A stretch of 64,000 nt of DNA from an uncultured Spirochaetota bacterium (GTDB taxonomy: Bacteria > Spirochaetota > Spirochaetia > SZUA-6 > Fen-1364): contig CAWGAA010000002.1 in the NCBI GenBank assembly GCA_963820525.1, positions 320,001 to 384,000 of the forward strand, read 5' to 3'. The notes beneath the pieces were generated by a model. It saw only the letters and a list, made by a program, of their open reading frames with translations, was not told the DNA's origin and made no database searches. Position 1 is the stretch's first letter. Each line of letters starts with the position of its first letter. Positions 48,142-59,000 of this stretch are shown piece after piece. The position numbers and the translations under genes are program-made.

Positions 48142-50700
48142 CTACTCGTACCTCAGCGCCTCTACGATCTGCAGGCGCGCGGCCTGCCTGGCCGGCACGA
48201 TGGCCGCCAGGGCGCCGAAGAACAATCCGAAAAACACGGCGGTGAGCATTCCGGCGATCGGGAAGGCGAAGCCGAGAGGGAAGATGTCCTTTATCGCGGA
48301 CACGAAGGCGTCGCCGAGATAGAGGCCGCCCAGAAGCCCGAAGGCCGTTCCGATGGCGGCAAGAAGAAGGGCTTCGGCCAGCACCATCCCCCGGATCTGG
48401 CCCCGTGTCGCTCCCACCGCTCGGATCATGCCGATCTCCCGGGTGCGTTCGATGACGCTGATGGCGAGGGTATTGATCATCGCGATGAGCGACGGCAAGG
48501 CAAGAAAGGCGAAGAGCAGATATATTCCCGAGAGGGCGGCGTTCATCTGGTCCTTGATCGAATTGTAGAAGGTCCGTCCCCGGATCATCTGGAACTGGGG
48601 GTAATCATGGCTAACCGCCTTGATCCCGCGCTCGGCAGCCTCCGCGTCGGCGCCCGGTTTCAGGTTCAGCTGGAGGAAAACATCCTCCTCCTTGCCGAAA
48701 TCGGAAAACAGATTCGCCTGAGAAATGAACGCGGAGGGTGCCTTAGCGTTCAGAAGGTCCGCGGCCAGTGCGGCCACGCGATACTCCACGGAACCGCCCG
48801 GACCGAGGAGCGTCACCATCTGGCCGACCTTTGCGCCGCTGGCCTTCAGGAAAACGCCGTTTGCGATGAGCGCCCTCCCCTTGGAGATTTCCCCGTACGC
48901 CGAATCGTTTCCCTGCAGGAAATACAATCCTCCTACCTTCGGAAATGCCACGGGGTCCACGCCCAGAAGCGAGACCGCTTGTCCCTTCACGCTTGAGCCT
49001 GCGTAGCGCATTGTGGCCACCTCGCTCACTCCGTCTATGCCCCGAAGCCTGCGGGCGAACTCCGGGCCCGCCCCGATATCGCTGCTCCAAACGCTGATGG
49101 CCGGCGGGACGAACAGGTAATCGCTTCCCATATTTTTCTGCATCAGCTCGTTGAGTGGGACGGTAAGGCTGGAGAGCAGGCCGCCGGCGGCCACGATCAC
49201 CGCCAGCCCCAGCATGGTGGATGATGCCGTGACCGCCGTCCGCATCGACTGGCGCTTGATGTTGCCGCACGCGATCTCGCCGATTCCCTGCCGTGCGTAG
49301 ATGGCCGCGATGAGCCTTCCGAATATGCCGGCGAGGGGAGTCACCAACGTCGGCGCCACAAGCACCAGACCGACAAGGAAGAGAAGCCCGCCGGGAACGA
49401 TCACTGCAGGCTTCCCTGAAAAGAGCGCAATCGTGGAGAGCGCTATGACGAGCGCTCCGGCGACGAATCCCGGGCTTATCCGCCGCAGCAGGCCCGATTG
49501 CGCGGCCATCGGTCTCATGGCCTCCAGGGGAGTCACTCTGCCGGCGTTTCGCGCGGGAAGAAGCGCGGCAAGGACCGTTATCCCCACGCCGAGCAGAACG
49601 CAGCCGACCACCAGAAGGGGAGAGACAACCGGGGCGCTGATTTTCAGGTTGATGTACCGGCTGAGATAGGGAGAGGCCAGCTTGACGCCCCCAACCACGA
49701 GCGCGTATCCGAGAGCCAGCCCCACTGCGCTTCCCAGGAGCCCTTGCAAGGTCCCTTCGGCGATGATCATCCCGATTATCGTCCGGCGGTTTGCTCCAAT
49801 GGCGCGCAGCATTCCGATGTCGCGCCTGCGCTCGGCCACCACGGTGCGGAAGGTGTTGAAGATGATGAAGCCGCCCATGAAAAGGGCCAGGACTCCGAAG
49901 AGATTGAAGGCAGCCTGCGCCGTTTTTATGTTTTCGTCGAACGCCTCGGTCCCGGAGATGAGAGTGCCCACGCGGAACTCGACGCCCAGGACGTCCTGGA
50001 CTGCTTTCTGGATTCTCGCGCGCTGGGCCTCGGAAGTGAAGGGGTTTACGATATCGATCTCAATCCTATTGACCCTTCCGTCCTCCCCCGTCATGAGCCC
50101 GGCCTGCTTCAGCGTGACGAGCACTTCCTCGGCGCCGGGTTTGAGGCGGGGAGGCAGGATCCCGACCACCTTCAAGTCGGTCACACCGTTGACCGAGGGG
50201 ATGGGGAGCACCTCTCCCACCTTGAGGTCGAGCGTGTCCGCGAGAGTCTGGGAAATGACCGCCGAAGCGCCGTCCGATGGCTCCAGGAATCTGCCCGAAA
50301 CCACGGGAAACGGGAGCAGCGCCCGCTCGGCCTCTGGATCTATGCCGGTGAGCGAGAGCGCCGAAATCCTGTCCGGCTTCTTCGGGTCTTTGTCGTAAAA
50401 GTCCGCGGGGAGATTCACCGTGCGATTGAGGGAAGCGGAAACGGCACGGATCCCTTCCATCCGCGCCACCGCGGGCAGGATGTCCGCTGAGAAGGAGCCG
50501 CTCGTGATGCGGGTGGCCGTGAAATCGACCGCGCCGTGAGCCGCCAGCATGTTCGCCCCGAGCGCTTTGGTCATGGTGGGCAGGATGGTGTTCATCGCGA
50601 ATATGACGAGCACCCCGAAAACGACGGCGAGAGTTGTGAGCACGGTGCGCAGCCTGCGCCCGTTCAGATAGCGCCAGGCAAGACTGAACTGAAGCCTCAT
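48142..50700 (-). CDS. Duplicated FtsX/MacB-type ABC permease
   Basis: Two repeats of TM, large periplasmic domain and ERRRDIGMLRAIGA / ERTREIGMIRAVGA; ends EALRYE. Confidence 0.92.
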   Translation of the reverse strand: MRLQFSLAWRYLNGRRLRTVLTTLAVVFGVLVIFAMNTILPTMTKALGANMLAAHGAVDFTATRITSGSFSADILPAVARMEGIRAVSASLNRTVNLPADFYDKDPKKPDRISALSLTGIDPEAERALLPFPVVSGRFLEPSDGASAVISQTLADTLDLKVGEVLPIPSVNGVTDLKVVGILPPRLKPGAEEVLVTLKQAGLMTGEDGRVNRIEIDIVNPFTSEAQRARIQKAVQDVLGVEFRVGTLISGTEAFDENIKTAQAAFNLFGVLALFMGGFIIFNTFRTVVAERRRDIGMLRAIGANRRTIIGMIIAEGTLQGLLGSAVGLALGYALVVGGVKLASPYLSRYINLKISAPVVSPLLVVGCVLLGVGITVLAALLPARNAGRVTPLEAMRPMAAQSGLLRRISPGFVAGALVIALSTIALFSGKPAVIVPGGLLFLVGLVLVAPTLVTPLAGIFGRLIAAIYARQGIGEIACGNIKRQSMRTAVTASSTMLGLAVIVAAGGLLSSLTVPLNELMQKNMGSDYLFVPPAISVWSSDIGAGPEFARRLRGIDGVSEVATMRYAGSSVKGQAVSLLGVDPVAFPKVGGLYFLQGNDSAYGEISKGRALIANGVFLKASGAKVGQMVTLLGPGGSVEYRVAALAADLLNAKAPSAFISQANLFSDFGKEEDVFLQLNLKPGADAEAAERGIKAVSHDYPQFQMIRGRTFYNSIKDQMNAALSGIYLLFAFLALPSLIAMINTLAISVIERTREIGMIRAVGATRGQIRGMVLAEALLLAAIGTAFGLLGGLYLGDAFVSAIKDIFPLGFAFPIAGMLTAVFFGLFFGALAAIVPARQAARLQIVEALRYE

Positions 50701-51419
50701 TGGGGTCTCCTCTCGGATCGATTCCCGCTTTCACGCTCGAGGGCAGTTTCATCAACTATGGCGCCGTCCTTGAGAAAGACGATGCGGTCGGAATACGCGG
50801 CGATTCGCGGATCGTGAGTCACCATGACCACGGCTCTGCCGTACTCCTTGGTGACCTGGCGGAGGAGGGAAGCGATGCCGTCGGCGCTTCGCGTGTCCAG
50901 GTTTCCCGTCGGCTCGTCGGCGAGGACCAGCGCCGGTTCCGCCACCAGCGCGCGGGCGATGGCCACGCGCTGCTGCTGCCCGCCGGAGAGCTGATCGGGG
51001 CGGCTTTCAAGCCGATCCTCCAGCCCGAAGCGCTTCAGCCATTCAACGGCGAGCTTTTTCGCCTCCGCGGGCTTCATCCCGTCCAGGGTCATGGGCAGGG
51101 CGGCGTTCTCCGCGATGCTCAACACGGGGATAAGGTTGTAGAACTGGAATACCAGGCCGATCCGCCTTCTGCGAAGCCTGGCAAGCTCGTTGTCCTTCAT
51201 CTCCGAAAGACAGGCGCCGTCGATCGAGATTTTTCCTTCCGTGGGTCGGTCCAGGCCGCCCAGCAGGTGCAGGAGGGTGGATTTCCCGCATCCGCTGGGG
51301 CCCATTACCGCCACGAACTGTCCCGCGTCGATTTCCATGGACACGTGGGAAAGCGCCGTCACGGAAGCCTCCCCGGAGCCGTAGATCTTGGTGAGGTTTT
51401 CAGTGCGGATCAGTGCCAT
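50697..51419 (-). CDS. MacB/LolD-type ABC ATP-binding protein
   Basis: [22 protein letters not shown] and ADEPTGNLD. Confidence 0.95.
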   Translation of the reverse strand: MALIRTENLTKIYGSGEASVTALSHVSMEIDAGQFVAVMGPSGCGKSTLLHLLGGLDRPTEGKISIDGACLSEMKDNELARLRRRRIGLVFQFYNLIPVLSIAENAALPMTLDGMKPAEAKKLAVEWLKRFGLEDRLESRPDQLSGGQQQRVAIARALVAEPALVLADEPTGNLDTRSADGIASLLRQVTKEYGRAVVMVTHDPRIAAYSDRIVFLKDGAIVDETALERESGNRSERRPQ

Positions 51420-52005
51420 TGCGTTCTCCTTTTCTTGGTCGTCCCCGGGGACGAATCTCAGGTTCAGGCAGCGGCTGCCGTTTCACTTCCTCCAGCCGCT
51501 GCTCGGTGATATCGAGCCAACGAAGGTCCGCCTCCAGATGCATCAAGGCCTTGTCCAGGAGGAGGATCTGCGCCATTTTCACGCGCGGGTCGTAGGCGTC
51601 ACGAAGCGCCGTCGTATCGTGGAGCTGCTGGAACAGGCACGCCCGCTGAGCCTGGATCAGCGCGGCGGGATCCGATTCTCCGCTCATCAGGCAGGTCATG
51701 AGCTTGACGAAGAACTCGTCCTGACGGTGCTTGGACTCGACACCCTGGGCAAGCCACTCCCGCAGCGACCTTTTGCCCTTGGCGGTTATCGAGTAGATCC
51801 GCTTCTCCGCCCCCCCGTCCCGGGCGAGGGACTGCCTGCCCACCAGCCCCGCGTGCTCCAGCCGCTCGAGGGTCGTGTAGACCTGGGCAGGCTTCAGGTC
51901 CCAGTTCGCGTCGCCTCCCATGAGAGCCTCGAAGGCGGAACGAAGCTCATACCCGTTGCGGGGTCGTTGAGCAAGAAGTCCAAGCAGCGCATACCGTACC
52001 GACAT
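51400..52005 (-). CDS. PadR-family transcriptional regulator
   Basis: LLGLL..P..GYEL, QVYTTLERL, YSITAKG and C-terminal DEFFVKL. Confidence 0.92.
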   Translation of the reverse strand: MSVRYALLGLLAQRPRNGYELRSAFEALMGGDANWDLKPAQVYTTLERLEHAGLVGRQSLARDGGAEKRIYSITAKGKRSLREWLAQGVESKHRQDEFFVKLMTCLMSGESDPAALIQAQRACLFQQLHDTTALRDAYDPRVKMAQILLLDKALMHLEADLRWLDITEQRLEEVKRQPLPEPEIRPRGRPRKGERNGTDPH

Positions 52006-52070
52006 AAATACTCTACAAGTGAGTAGATTACGGATTAATTAATAAACGAGTTAGTAGATTATGTCAAGTA
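52006..52070 (-). promoter_or_regulatory. PadR operon promoter with candidate operator repeats
   Basis: TTGACA (52067-52062)-17-TATTAA; AGTAGATTA repeated at 52022 and 52053; inverted TCTAC-N6-GTAGA at 52012-52027. Confidence 0.6.
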
Positions 52071-52249
52071 CTTTTTTTGGGGCATGGGGCGGGCGAGCCG
52101 CAGGCGCGAATCGGGGGGAAACGGCGCGCTGCAACCATGGGGCAAGTGCGCCGTGAGCCGCGCGCCTGCATCGCCGCTCGGCTTGACGCCTTCGGACAAT
52201 GTGTAGTAATGTCCGTCCGTTCAGATTCGTCCTCGCCTTGAAAGGCTGC

Positions 52250-52322
<73 letters not shown>

Positions 52323-52439
52323 CGAGCGGCGCGCTTGGGACATCCCTGTCGTCGCCCGCCCTGATGGCCGTCCATGGATGAAGCGGGCGCTTGGGGAGTC
52401 CTTTAGGCTCGACGTGGGAAAGTATTTCTCAGTCGGCTA

Positions 52440-52469
52440 TTGACATTTTGTCGATAGTGTATGTAAATT
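52440..52469 (+). promoter_or_regulatory. Promoter for the rpmG-secE-nusG cluster
   Basis: TTGACA-18 nt-TAAATT in an AT-rich patch. Confidence 0.6.
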
Positions 52470-52607
52470 TGTCACCCAATCCAGAGCTTGGTCGGCTGCG
52501 CGGCGCCGTTGCCTCCACCGACCTCCGACATTCGAAGGGCATGTGCCGGAAGGCAGCCGGCATCGCGGGGAGGCGACCGCGATCGTCCATCGCAACGGGA
52601 GATCCGA

Positions 52608-52784
52608 ATGGCAAAAGGCAAGGCAAAGAACCTCGAGCTCGTAGCGCTGCAGTGCAGCGTGTGCGATCGGAGGAACTATACCACCGCAAAGAACCGCAAG
52701 AACACCCAGGGCAAGCTCGAGTTCATGAAGTACTGCCGGTGGGATAGGAAGCATACTCTTCATAAGGAAGCGAAGATAAAGTAG
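52608..52784 (+). CDS. rpmG: 50S ribosomal protein L33
   Basis: LQCSVCDRRNYTTAKN..KLEFMKYC..HTLHKE; ATG 52608. Confidence 0.95.
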   Translation: MAKGKAKNLELVALQCSVCDRRNYTTAKNRKNTQGKLEFMKYCRWDRKHTLHKEAKIK

Positions 52785-52795
52785 CAACTTGCCAT

Positions 52796-52869
52796 AGGCC
52801 AGTAGCTCCAACTGGTAGAGCGCCGGTCTCCAAAACCGGATGTTGCGGGTTCAAGTCCTGCCTGGCCTG
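52796..52869 (+). tRNA. tRNA-Trp (CCA)
   Basis: AGGCCAG/CTGGCCT acceptor, CCGGT-CTCCAAA-ACCGG anticodon arm, GGTTCAAGTCC T-arm; canonical position. Confidence 0.97.
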
Positions 52870-52885
52870 AAAGCGGGAGAGGGGT

Positions 52886-53065
52886 ATGAGGAAGATCATC
52901 CTTTTTTTTCAAGAGAGTTTCGCGGAGCTGAAGAAGGTCACGTGGCCGAGCAGGGAAGAGGTCGTGTCCTCCACCAAGGTGGTGCTGGTATCTACTATTC
53001 TCATCGCGGCCATGCTGGGTATCGTCGATTTCGTCCTCTTCAAGCTCATAGACTTGATCTTCTGA
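52886..53065 (+). CDS. secE: Preprotein translocase subunit SecE (59 aa; absent from the ORF track)
   Basis: Manual translation MRKIILFFQESFAELKKVTWPSREEV..GIVDF..; ELKKVTWP signature. Confidence 0.95.
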   Translation: MRKIILFFQESFAELKKVTWPSREEVVSSTKVVLVSTILIAAMLGIVDFVLFKLIDLIF

Positions 53066-53077
53066 GCAAGGGACGGC

Positions 53078-53632
53078 ATGGCAAAGGGATGGTATGTGGT
53101 GCATACCTACTCCGGGTATGAGAACAAGGTGCAGAAGCACGTTCGAATGCTCGTCGAGAAGGGAACCCTGAAGGAGTTCGTCTTCGACGTGAAGGTGCCC
53201 TCGGAAGAAGTCGTGGAGATCAAGGACGGCAAGAAGAAGGTCTCCACGAAGAAATTCCTTCCCGGCTACATCATGGTTGAAATGGACCTTCCCGATCTGG
53301 GTTGGAAGGAAGTCTGCATGGAGATCCGAAAGATCCCCGGAGTGACGGGGTTCGTCGGGTCCCACAGAAACCAGAAGCCACAGCCCATCTCCCAGGAGGA
53401 GGCGCGGGGCATCCTCCAGAAGTCCGGCGAGATCAAGGCGGACAGGGCCCTCAAGCCCAAGCAGAGTTTTTCCGTGGGAGAGATGGTGCGCATCATCGAC
53501 GGCCCATTCGACTCGTTCACCGGAAGCATAGAAGAGGCGAACGCGGAAAAGGGCAAGCTCCGCGTCATGGTGGGTATTTTCGGGCGGTCGACGCCAGTGG
53601 AGGTTGATTTCCTCCAGGTCGAGAAGATTTGA
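53078..53632 (+). CDS. nusG: Transcription termination/antitermination factor NusG
   Basis: WYVVHTYSGYE, PGY, GVTGFVG and IFGRSTPVE. Confidence 0.98.
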   Translation: MAKGWYVVHTYSGYENKVQKHVRMLVEKGTLKEFVFDVKVPSEEVVEIKDGKKKVSTKKFLPGYIMVEMDLPDLGWKEVCMEIRKIPGVTGFVGSHRNQKPQPISQEEARGILQKSGEIKADRALKPKQSFSVGEMVRIIDGPFDSFTGSIEEANAEKGKLRVMVGIFGRSTPVEVDFLQVEKI

Positions 53633-53715
53633 CGGGATCTTTCACGCAAACCAGGAACCCTCTCGGGACGGCGGGCAATCCGCCGCCCTGTGGCCGCGCG
53701 CATGCGCGGCCGATA

Positions 53716-53768
53716 TGGGAGCTCCCCGCGGCGTTGCGCGTTGCGCGACGGGGGAGCGATAGCACCAC
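53716..53768 (+). promoter_or_regulatory. Candidate L1-binding autoregulatory leader of rplK-rplA
   Basis: TGGGA-GCTCCCC..GGGGAGC-GATAGCACCAC, matching the GGGAG/stem/ACCAC pattern, directly before the rplK SD. Confidence 0.65.
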
Positions 53769-53783
53769 GGAGGAGGCTTAAGA

Positions 53784-54218
53784 ATGGCCAAGAAGACTGT
53801 CAAGGCTATCGTCAAGCTCCAGGTACAGGCGGGCAAAGCCACGCCGGCGCCCCCGGTCGGTCCGGCTCTCGGACCGCACGGAGTGCAGGCGGCGCAGTTC
53901 TGCCAGCAGTTCAACGAGCGGACGAAGAAGCAGGAAGAGGGCGTGCTCATTCCGGTGGTCATCACGATCTACACGGACAAGAGCTTCACCTTCATCACCA
54001 AGACCCCGCCGGCCGCGGTCCTCATCAGGAAGGCCCTCGGGCTGGAGAAGGGAAGCGGTGAGCCCAACAAGACCAAGGTCGGTGTGCTCAGCCGGGAGCA
54101 GCTTCGCGCCATCGCGCAGCAGAAGATGCCCGATCTGACGGCCAAGGACATCGAGGCGGCCATGAAGATCATCGCCGGAACCGCCCGCAGCATGGGCGTC
54201 ACGGTGGAGGGGGCCTGA
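53784..54218 (+). CDS. rplK: 50S ribosomal protein L11
   Basis: [19 protein letters not shown] and GTARSMG. Confidence 0.98.
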   Translation: MAKKTVKAIVKLQVQAGKATPAPPVGPALGPHGVQAAQFCQQFNERTKKQEEGVLIPVVITIYTDKSFTFITKTPPAAVLIRKALGLEKGSGEPNKTKVGVLSREQLRAIAQQKMPDLTAKDIEAAMKIIAGTARSMGVTVEGA

Positions 54219-54219
54219 C

Positions 54220-54909
54220 ATGGCGCACGGAAAGAAATACAGGGCGTCCCTGGCCAAGTACGACAAGGCGACGGTCTACCCCATTGAGAAGGCCGTGGAC
54301 CTGGTGAAGGAGCTTGCATTCGCCAAGTTCGACGAGACCGTCGAGGTCTCCATGAAGCTCAACATCAAGAGCAAGCACACCATCCGCGACGTGATGGCGC
54401 TGCCTCACCTCTTCGGCAGGGAGAAGAAGGTCCTCGTGTTCGCCAAGGGAGACAAGGCGGAGGAGGCGCGGAAGGCCGGAGCCGCCTTTGTCGGAGACGC
54501 CGACCTGATCGAGAAGATCAAGGGCGGCTGGCTGGATTTCGACGTCGCCGTTGCCACTCCCGACATGATGAAGGACGTCGGCAAGCTCGGCCAGATCCTG
54601 GGCCGGCGCGGGCTGATGCCCAACCCCAAGACCCAGACGGTGACCTTCAACATCAAGGAAGCCCTCGATGAGCTGAAGAAGGGCCGCGTGGAGTACCGCG
54701 CCGACAAGGGCGGGGTGGTGCACCTGGCGGTGGGAAAGATCTCCATGGAAAAGGACCAGATCAAGGAGAACGCGGTGGCGTTCATCTCCGAGGTCATCCG
54801 CCGCAGGCCTTCGGACCTCAAGGGGGACTACATCAATTCGATCGTGCTCTCCTCGACAATGAGTCCCGGCGTACGGGTATCTCCGAAGGACAAGACCTTC
54901 GTCGCGTAA
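54220..54909 (+). CDS. rplA: 50S ribosomal protein L1
   Basis: KFDETVE, ATPDMM, GLMPNPK and SSTMSPG. Confidence 0.98.
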   Translation: MAHGKKYRASLAKYDKATVYPIEKAVDLVKELAFAKFDETVEVSMKLNIKSKHTIRDVMALPHLFGREKKVLVFAKGDKAEEARKAGAAFVGDADLIEKIKGGWLDFDVAVATPDMMKDVGKLGQILGRRGLMPNPKTQTVTFNIKEALDELKKGRVEYRADKGGVVHLAVGKISMEKDQIKENAVAFISEVIRRRPSDLKGDYINSIVLSSTMSPGVRVSPKDKTFVA

Positions 54910-54920
54910 GGAGCTGATAC

Positions 54921-55463
54921 ATGGCGCAAGAGACAAAGAAGATACAACCGGCAAAGCTGGAGGCGGCGGCAAAGCTGAAGGAGTTCGTCAGCGCGGCTCC
55001 CGACCTCATTTTCTCGGATTTCCGCGGGCTCAGCTTCCCCCAGATGACGGAGCTGCGGACAAAGCTGGGGGAGAAGGACGCTTCCTACCGCGTCGTGCGC
55101 AATTCGGCGGCGCGCATCGCCATAAAGGATGCGGGACTGCCCGATGCTTCGGACCTGCTGGTGGGGCCCACGGCGCTCGCCTTCCTGGGGAAGGACCCGG
55201 GGGCGGCGGCCAAGGTGCTGCTGGATTTCGCCAGGGGGGCTCCCCTGAAGGTCAAGGGAGGGGTCATCGGGGGTAAGCGCTTCAGCTCCGCCGAGATCGA
55301 GGTCCTTTCGCGGCTGCCCAGCAGGCAGCAGCTCATTGCCATGCTGATGGGCGCCATGAATGCGCCCCTCATGAACATGATGTACGTGATGAACGGGGTC
55401 ACCTCGAAGCTCGTTCGCACCCTGGCGGCCGTGGCCGACCAGAAGAAGGCACAAGGCAACTAA
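54921..55463 (+). CDS. rplJ: 50S ribosomal protein L10
   Basis: DFRGL, LR, VVRN, GPTALAF and LPSR; operon position. Confidence 0.96.
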   Translation: MAQETKKIQPAKLEAAAKLKEFVSAAPDLIFSDFRGLSFPQMTELRTKLGEKDASYRVVRNSAARIAIKDAGLPDASDLLVGPTALAFLGKDPGAAAKVLLDFARGAPLKVKGGVIGGKRFSSAEIEVLSRLPSRQQLIAMLMGAMNAPLMNMMYVMNGVTSKLVRTLAAVADQKKAQGN

Positions 55464-55534
55464 GGCAACTAGCGGGAACCAGTCTTCGCATACCCTGCCA
55501 GCTGGTACCGCATAAACAAGGAAGGAGAAGATAA

Positions 55535-55924
55535 ATGGCGGCACTTACAAAGGACCAGATCCTCGATGCAATCGCCGGAATGACGGTGCTCGAGGTCTCC
55601 GAGCTCGTGAAAGCGATGGAGGAGAAATTCGGGGTTACCGCGGCGGCGCCGGTGGCGGTCGCGGCGGCAGGCCCCGCCCAGGCAGCGGGCCCCGCGGCCG
55701 CTGAGGAGAAGACGGAGTTCACCGTCGTCCTCAAGAGCTTCGACGATACGAAGAAGATCCCCGTCATCAAAGAGGTGAGGGGGATCACGGGGCTCGGGCT
55801 GAAGGAAGCGAAGGATCTCGTGGAGGCGGGCAACAAGATGTTGAAAGAGAATGTCTCCAAAGAGGAAGCCGCGAAGATCAAGCAGCAGCTCGAGGCAGCC
55901 GGCGCGGTCGTTGAGATTCAGTAA
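55535..55924 (+). CDS. rplL: 50S ribosomal protein L7/L12
   Basis: [17 protein letters not shown] and GLGLKEAK. Confidence 0.98.
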   Translation: MAALTKDQILDAIAGMTVLEVSELVKAMEEKFGVTAAAPVAVAAAGPAQAAGPAAAEEKTEFTVVLKSFDDTKKIPVIKEVRGITGLGLKEAKDLVEAGNKMLKENVSKEEAAKIKQQLEAAGAVVEIQ

Positions 55925-56017
55925 TTCCGCGCGGCCGCGCACGTATTCTGTAGACTCAAGTAAAAACCACCGGAGAGGCGGCCTTCAGGTGGTCTATTCT
56001 TGGCCGGGGGGGCGCGA

Positions 56018-59000
56018 ATGATTCTCGACAAGAGCAAAAAGATAAGTCGTATCGTTTTCGGCAGGGGCTACGAGGATGTCATGGAGATTCCCAACCTCAT
56101 CGACATCCAGCTCTTCTCCTACGAGAGGTTTCTCCAGAGGAAAACCCTGCAGAAGGCGGAACCCCCGTTGAAGCAGGGGCTGGAGGAGGTGTTTCTCTCC
56201 ACCTTCCCCATCGAGAGCCCCAACGGCGACATGATGCTGGAGTACCAGGGCTATTCGCTGGACGAACATAACATCAAGTTTTCCGAGCTCGCCTGCAAGC
56301 AGAAGGGGCTCACCTTCGCCATCCCGTTGAAGGCGAAGATCAACCTCATCTTCCTCAATACGGGAGAGATCAGGCAGAAAGAGATCTACATGGGGGACAT
56401 CCCCATCATGACGGACAAGGGCACCTTCGTCATCAACGGCGCCGAGCGCGTCGTGGTGAGCCAGATCCACAGGTCCCCCGGCGTCATCTTCTCTCACGAG
56501 AAGGGGGTGTACTCGTCCCGGATCATCCCCTACCGCGGCTCCTGGCTCGAGTTCGAGATCGACCAGAAAAAAGAGCTGATCTACGCCAAGATCGACCGGA
56601 AGAAGAGGATCCTGGCAACGATATTCCTTCGCGCCCTCGGGCATGAGAGCCGCGAATCGATCATCGAGCTTTTCTACAAGACGGAGAAGGCCAAGGTGAG
56701 CGACTCGCGGGAGGCGCGCGACAAGGTTGTGGGACGCAACTTCGCCCGCGACGTCGTGGTCCAGGAAGGAGAGGTCTCCAAGAAGCTCTACCGCGCCGGG
56801 GACAAGATACACCCTCACGACGTGGACGAGCTCACCCATGTCGGGGTGAAGGAGATCGAGCTCATCGATTTCGATCACGATGAGTCCCTCCATTCCGCCA
56901 TCATCCTGAACTGCTTCGAGCGCGAAGAGATGAAGTTCTCCAAGGAGGACCCCGAGCACGACGAGATCTCCAAGGACGAGGCGATCCTCCGGGTCTACTC
57001 CATCATCAAGCCGGGAGAGCCCATCACGATAGAGAACGCGGAGAAGGACCTCCACTCCATGTTCTTCTCCTCGCGCCGCTATGACCTCGGGCGCGTCGGC
57101 CGCTACAAGCTGAACAAGAAGTTCGACTACAAGGAGATCGTGAAGACCCATACCTTGATACAGGAGGACATCATCAACACGATGACCTGGCTCATCCAGG
57201 TGTACATCGGAGAGATGAACGTCGACGACATCGACCACCTGGGAAACAGGAGGGTCCGCTCCGTGGGCGAGCTTCTCACCAACCAGCTCAAGGTGGCCTT
57301 CACCCGCATGGAGAGGATCGCCAAGGAGAGGATGTCGCTGAAGGAAGCCGACACGATCAAGCCGCAGGACCTCATCTCCATAAAGCCCATCGTGGCCACG
57401 ATCAAGGAGTTCTTCGGCTCCTCCCAGCTCTCCCAGTTCATGGACCAGGTGAATCCGCTGGCCGAGCTCACCCACAAGCGCAGGCTCAACGCCCTGGGGC
57501 CGGGCGGCCTTTCGCGCGACCGCGCCGGGTTCGAGGTGCGCGATGTTCACTACACGCACTACGGCAGGATGTGCCCCATCGAGACGCCGGAAGGACCGAA
57601 CATCGGGCTGATCGTTTCGCTTGCAAACTACACCCGGGTCAACGAGTACGGCTTTCTCGAGACGCCCTACAGAAAAGTCGTGAAGGGCAAGGTCACCGAC
57701 CAGATCGAGTATCTCTCCGCAATGGACGAGGAGCGCTACTTCATCGCCCAGGCAAACGCGGCCCTTTCTCCCAAGGGAGAGTTCCTGGAAAAGCAGATTC
57801 CGGTGCGAAAGGGCGGAGACTACATCACCCGCCCCCCCGAGGACATCCAGTATATGGACGTCTCGCCCAAGCAGGTCATCTCCGTATCGGCCTCCCTCAT
57901 CCCCTTCCTGGAGCACGACGACGCAAACCGCGCCCTCATGGGCTCCAACATGCAGCGCCAGGCCGTGCCCCTGATCCAGCCCGAGCCGCCCCGCGTGGGA
58001 ACGGGCATGGAGGCGAGAACCGCCTACGACTCGGGGGTCATGGTGCTGGCCAAGCGGGCCGGGACGGTTACGTACGTCACGTCTCTTGAAGTTCACGTCA
58101 AGCCGGACGAGGCCCGGCGCGACAACGACCTCTACGTATTACAAAAATACCAGCGCACCAACCAGGATACCTGCTACAACCAGAAACCCATCGTCTCCGT
58201 GGGCCAGCACCTGGACTCCGGAGCGGTGATCGCGGACGGCCCGGCAACCTACCAGGGGGAGCTCGCCCTCGGCCGGAACCTCCTGTGCGCGTTCATGCCG
58301 TGGAACGGCTACAACTACGAGGACGCCATCCTCATCTCGGAAAAGGTCGTTCAGGACGACCTTTTCAGCTCCATCCACATAAAGGAGTTCTCCGTCGAGG
58401 TGAGGGAGACCAAGCTGGGGCCCGAGAAGATCACCCGCGACATCCCCAACACCAACGAGCACGCCTTCGAGCAGCTGGACGATGAAGGGATCATCCGGGT
58501 GGGCGCCATGGTCAAGGCAGGCTCCATCCTTGTGGGAAAGGTCACCCCCAAGAGCGAGACCGACTCCACGCCGGAGTTCAAGCTCCTGAACTCGATCTTC
58601 GGAGAGAAGGCCAAGGAGGTGCGCGACACCTCCCTGCGCGTGCCCCATGGAGTGGAGGGCACCATCATCGACGTGCAGCGTCTCAGGCGCGCAAACGGCG
58701 ATGAGCTGGATCCCGGCGTCGAGGAGGTGGTGAAAGTCCTCATCGCGGCCAAGCGGAAGCTCCAGGAGGGAGACAAGCTGGCGGGGCGGCACGGGAACAA
58801 GGGCGTCGTGGCCCGCGTGCTCCCCATAGAAGAGATGCCGTACATGGAAGACGGCACCCCCATCGACATCGTGTTGAATCCCCTGGGCGTTCCCTCGCGT
58901 ATGAACCTGGGGCAGATCATGGAGACGGAGCTGGGATGGGCGGGCTCGGCCCTCGACGAATGGTATTCCACGCCTGTCTTCCAGTCCGCATCCAACGAGA

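Noticed and set aside
52535..52562. Possible SRP (4.5S) RNA because of GCCGGAAGGCAGC
   Set aside because: Lacks the CAGG/GGAAGGAAGCAG internal-loop pattern and the long SRP helix.
52323..52607. Missing tuf between tRNA-Thr and rpmG as a deletion
   Set aside because: No tuf remnant is visible, and tuf is located elsewhere in spirochaetes such as Borrelia, so absence is expected.
52901..52910. T8 run in secE as a phase-variation tract
   Set aside because: The frame is intact, the gene is essential and the run simply encodes Leu-Phe-Phe.
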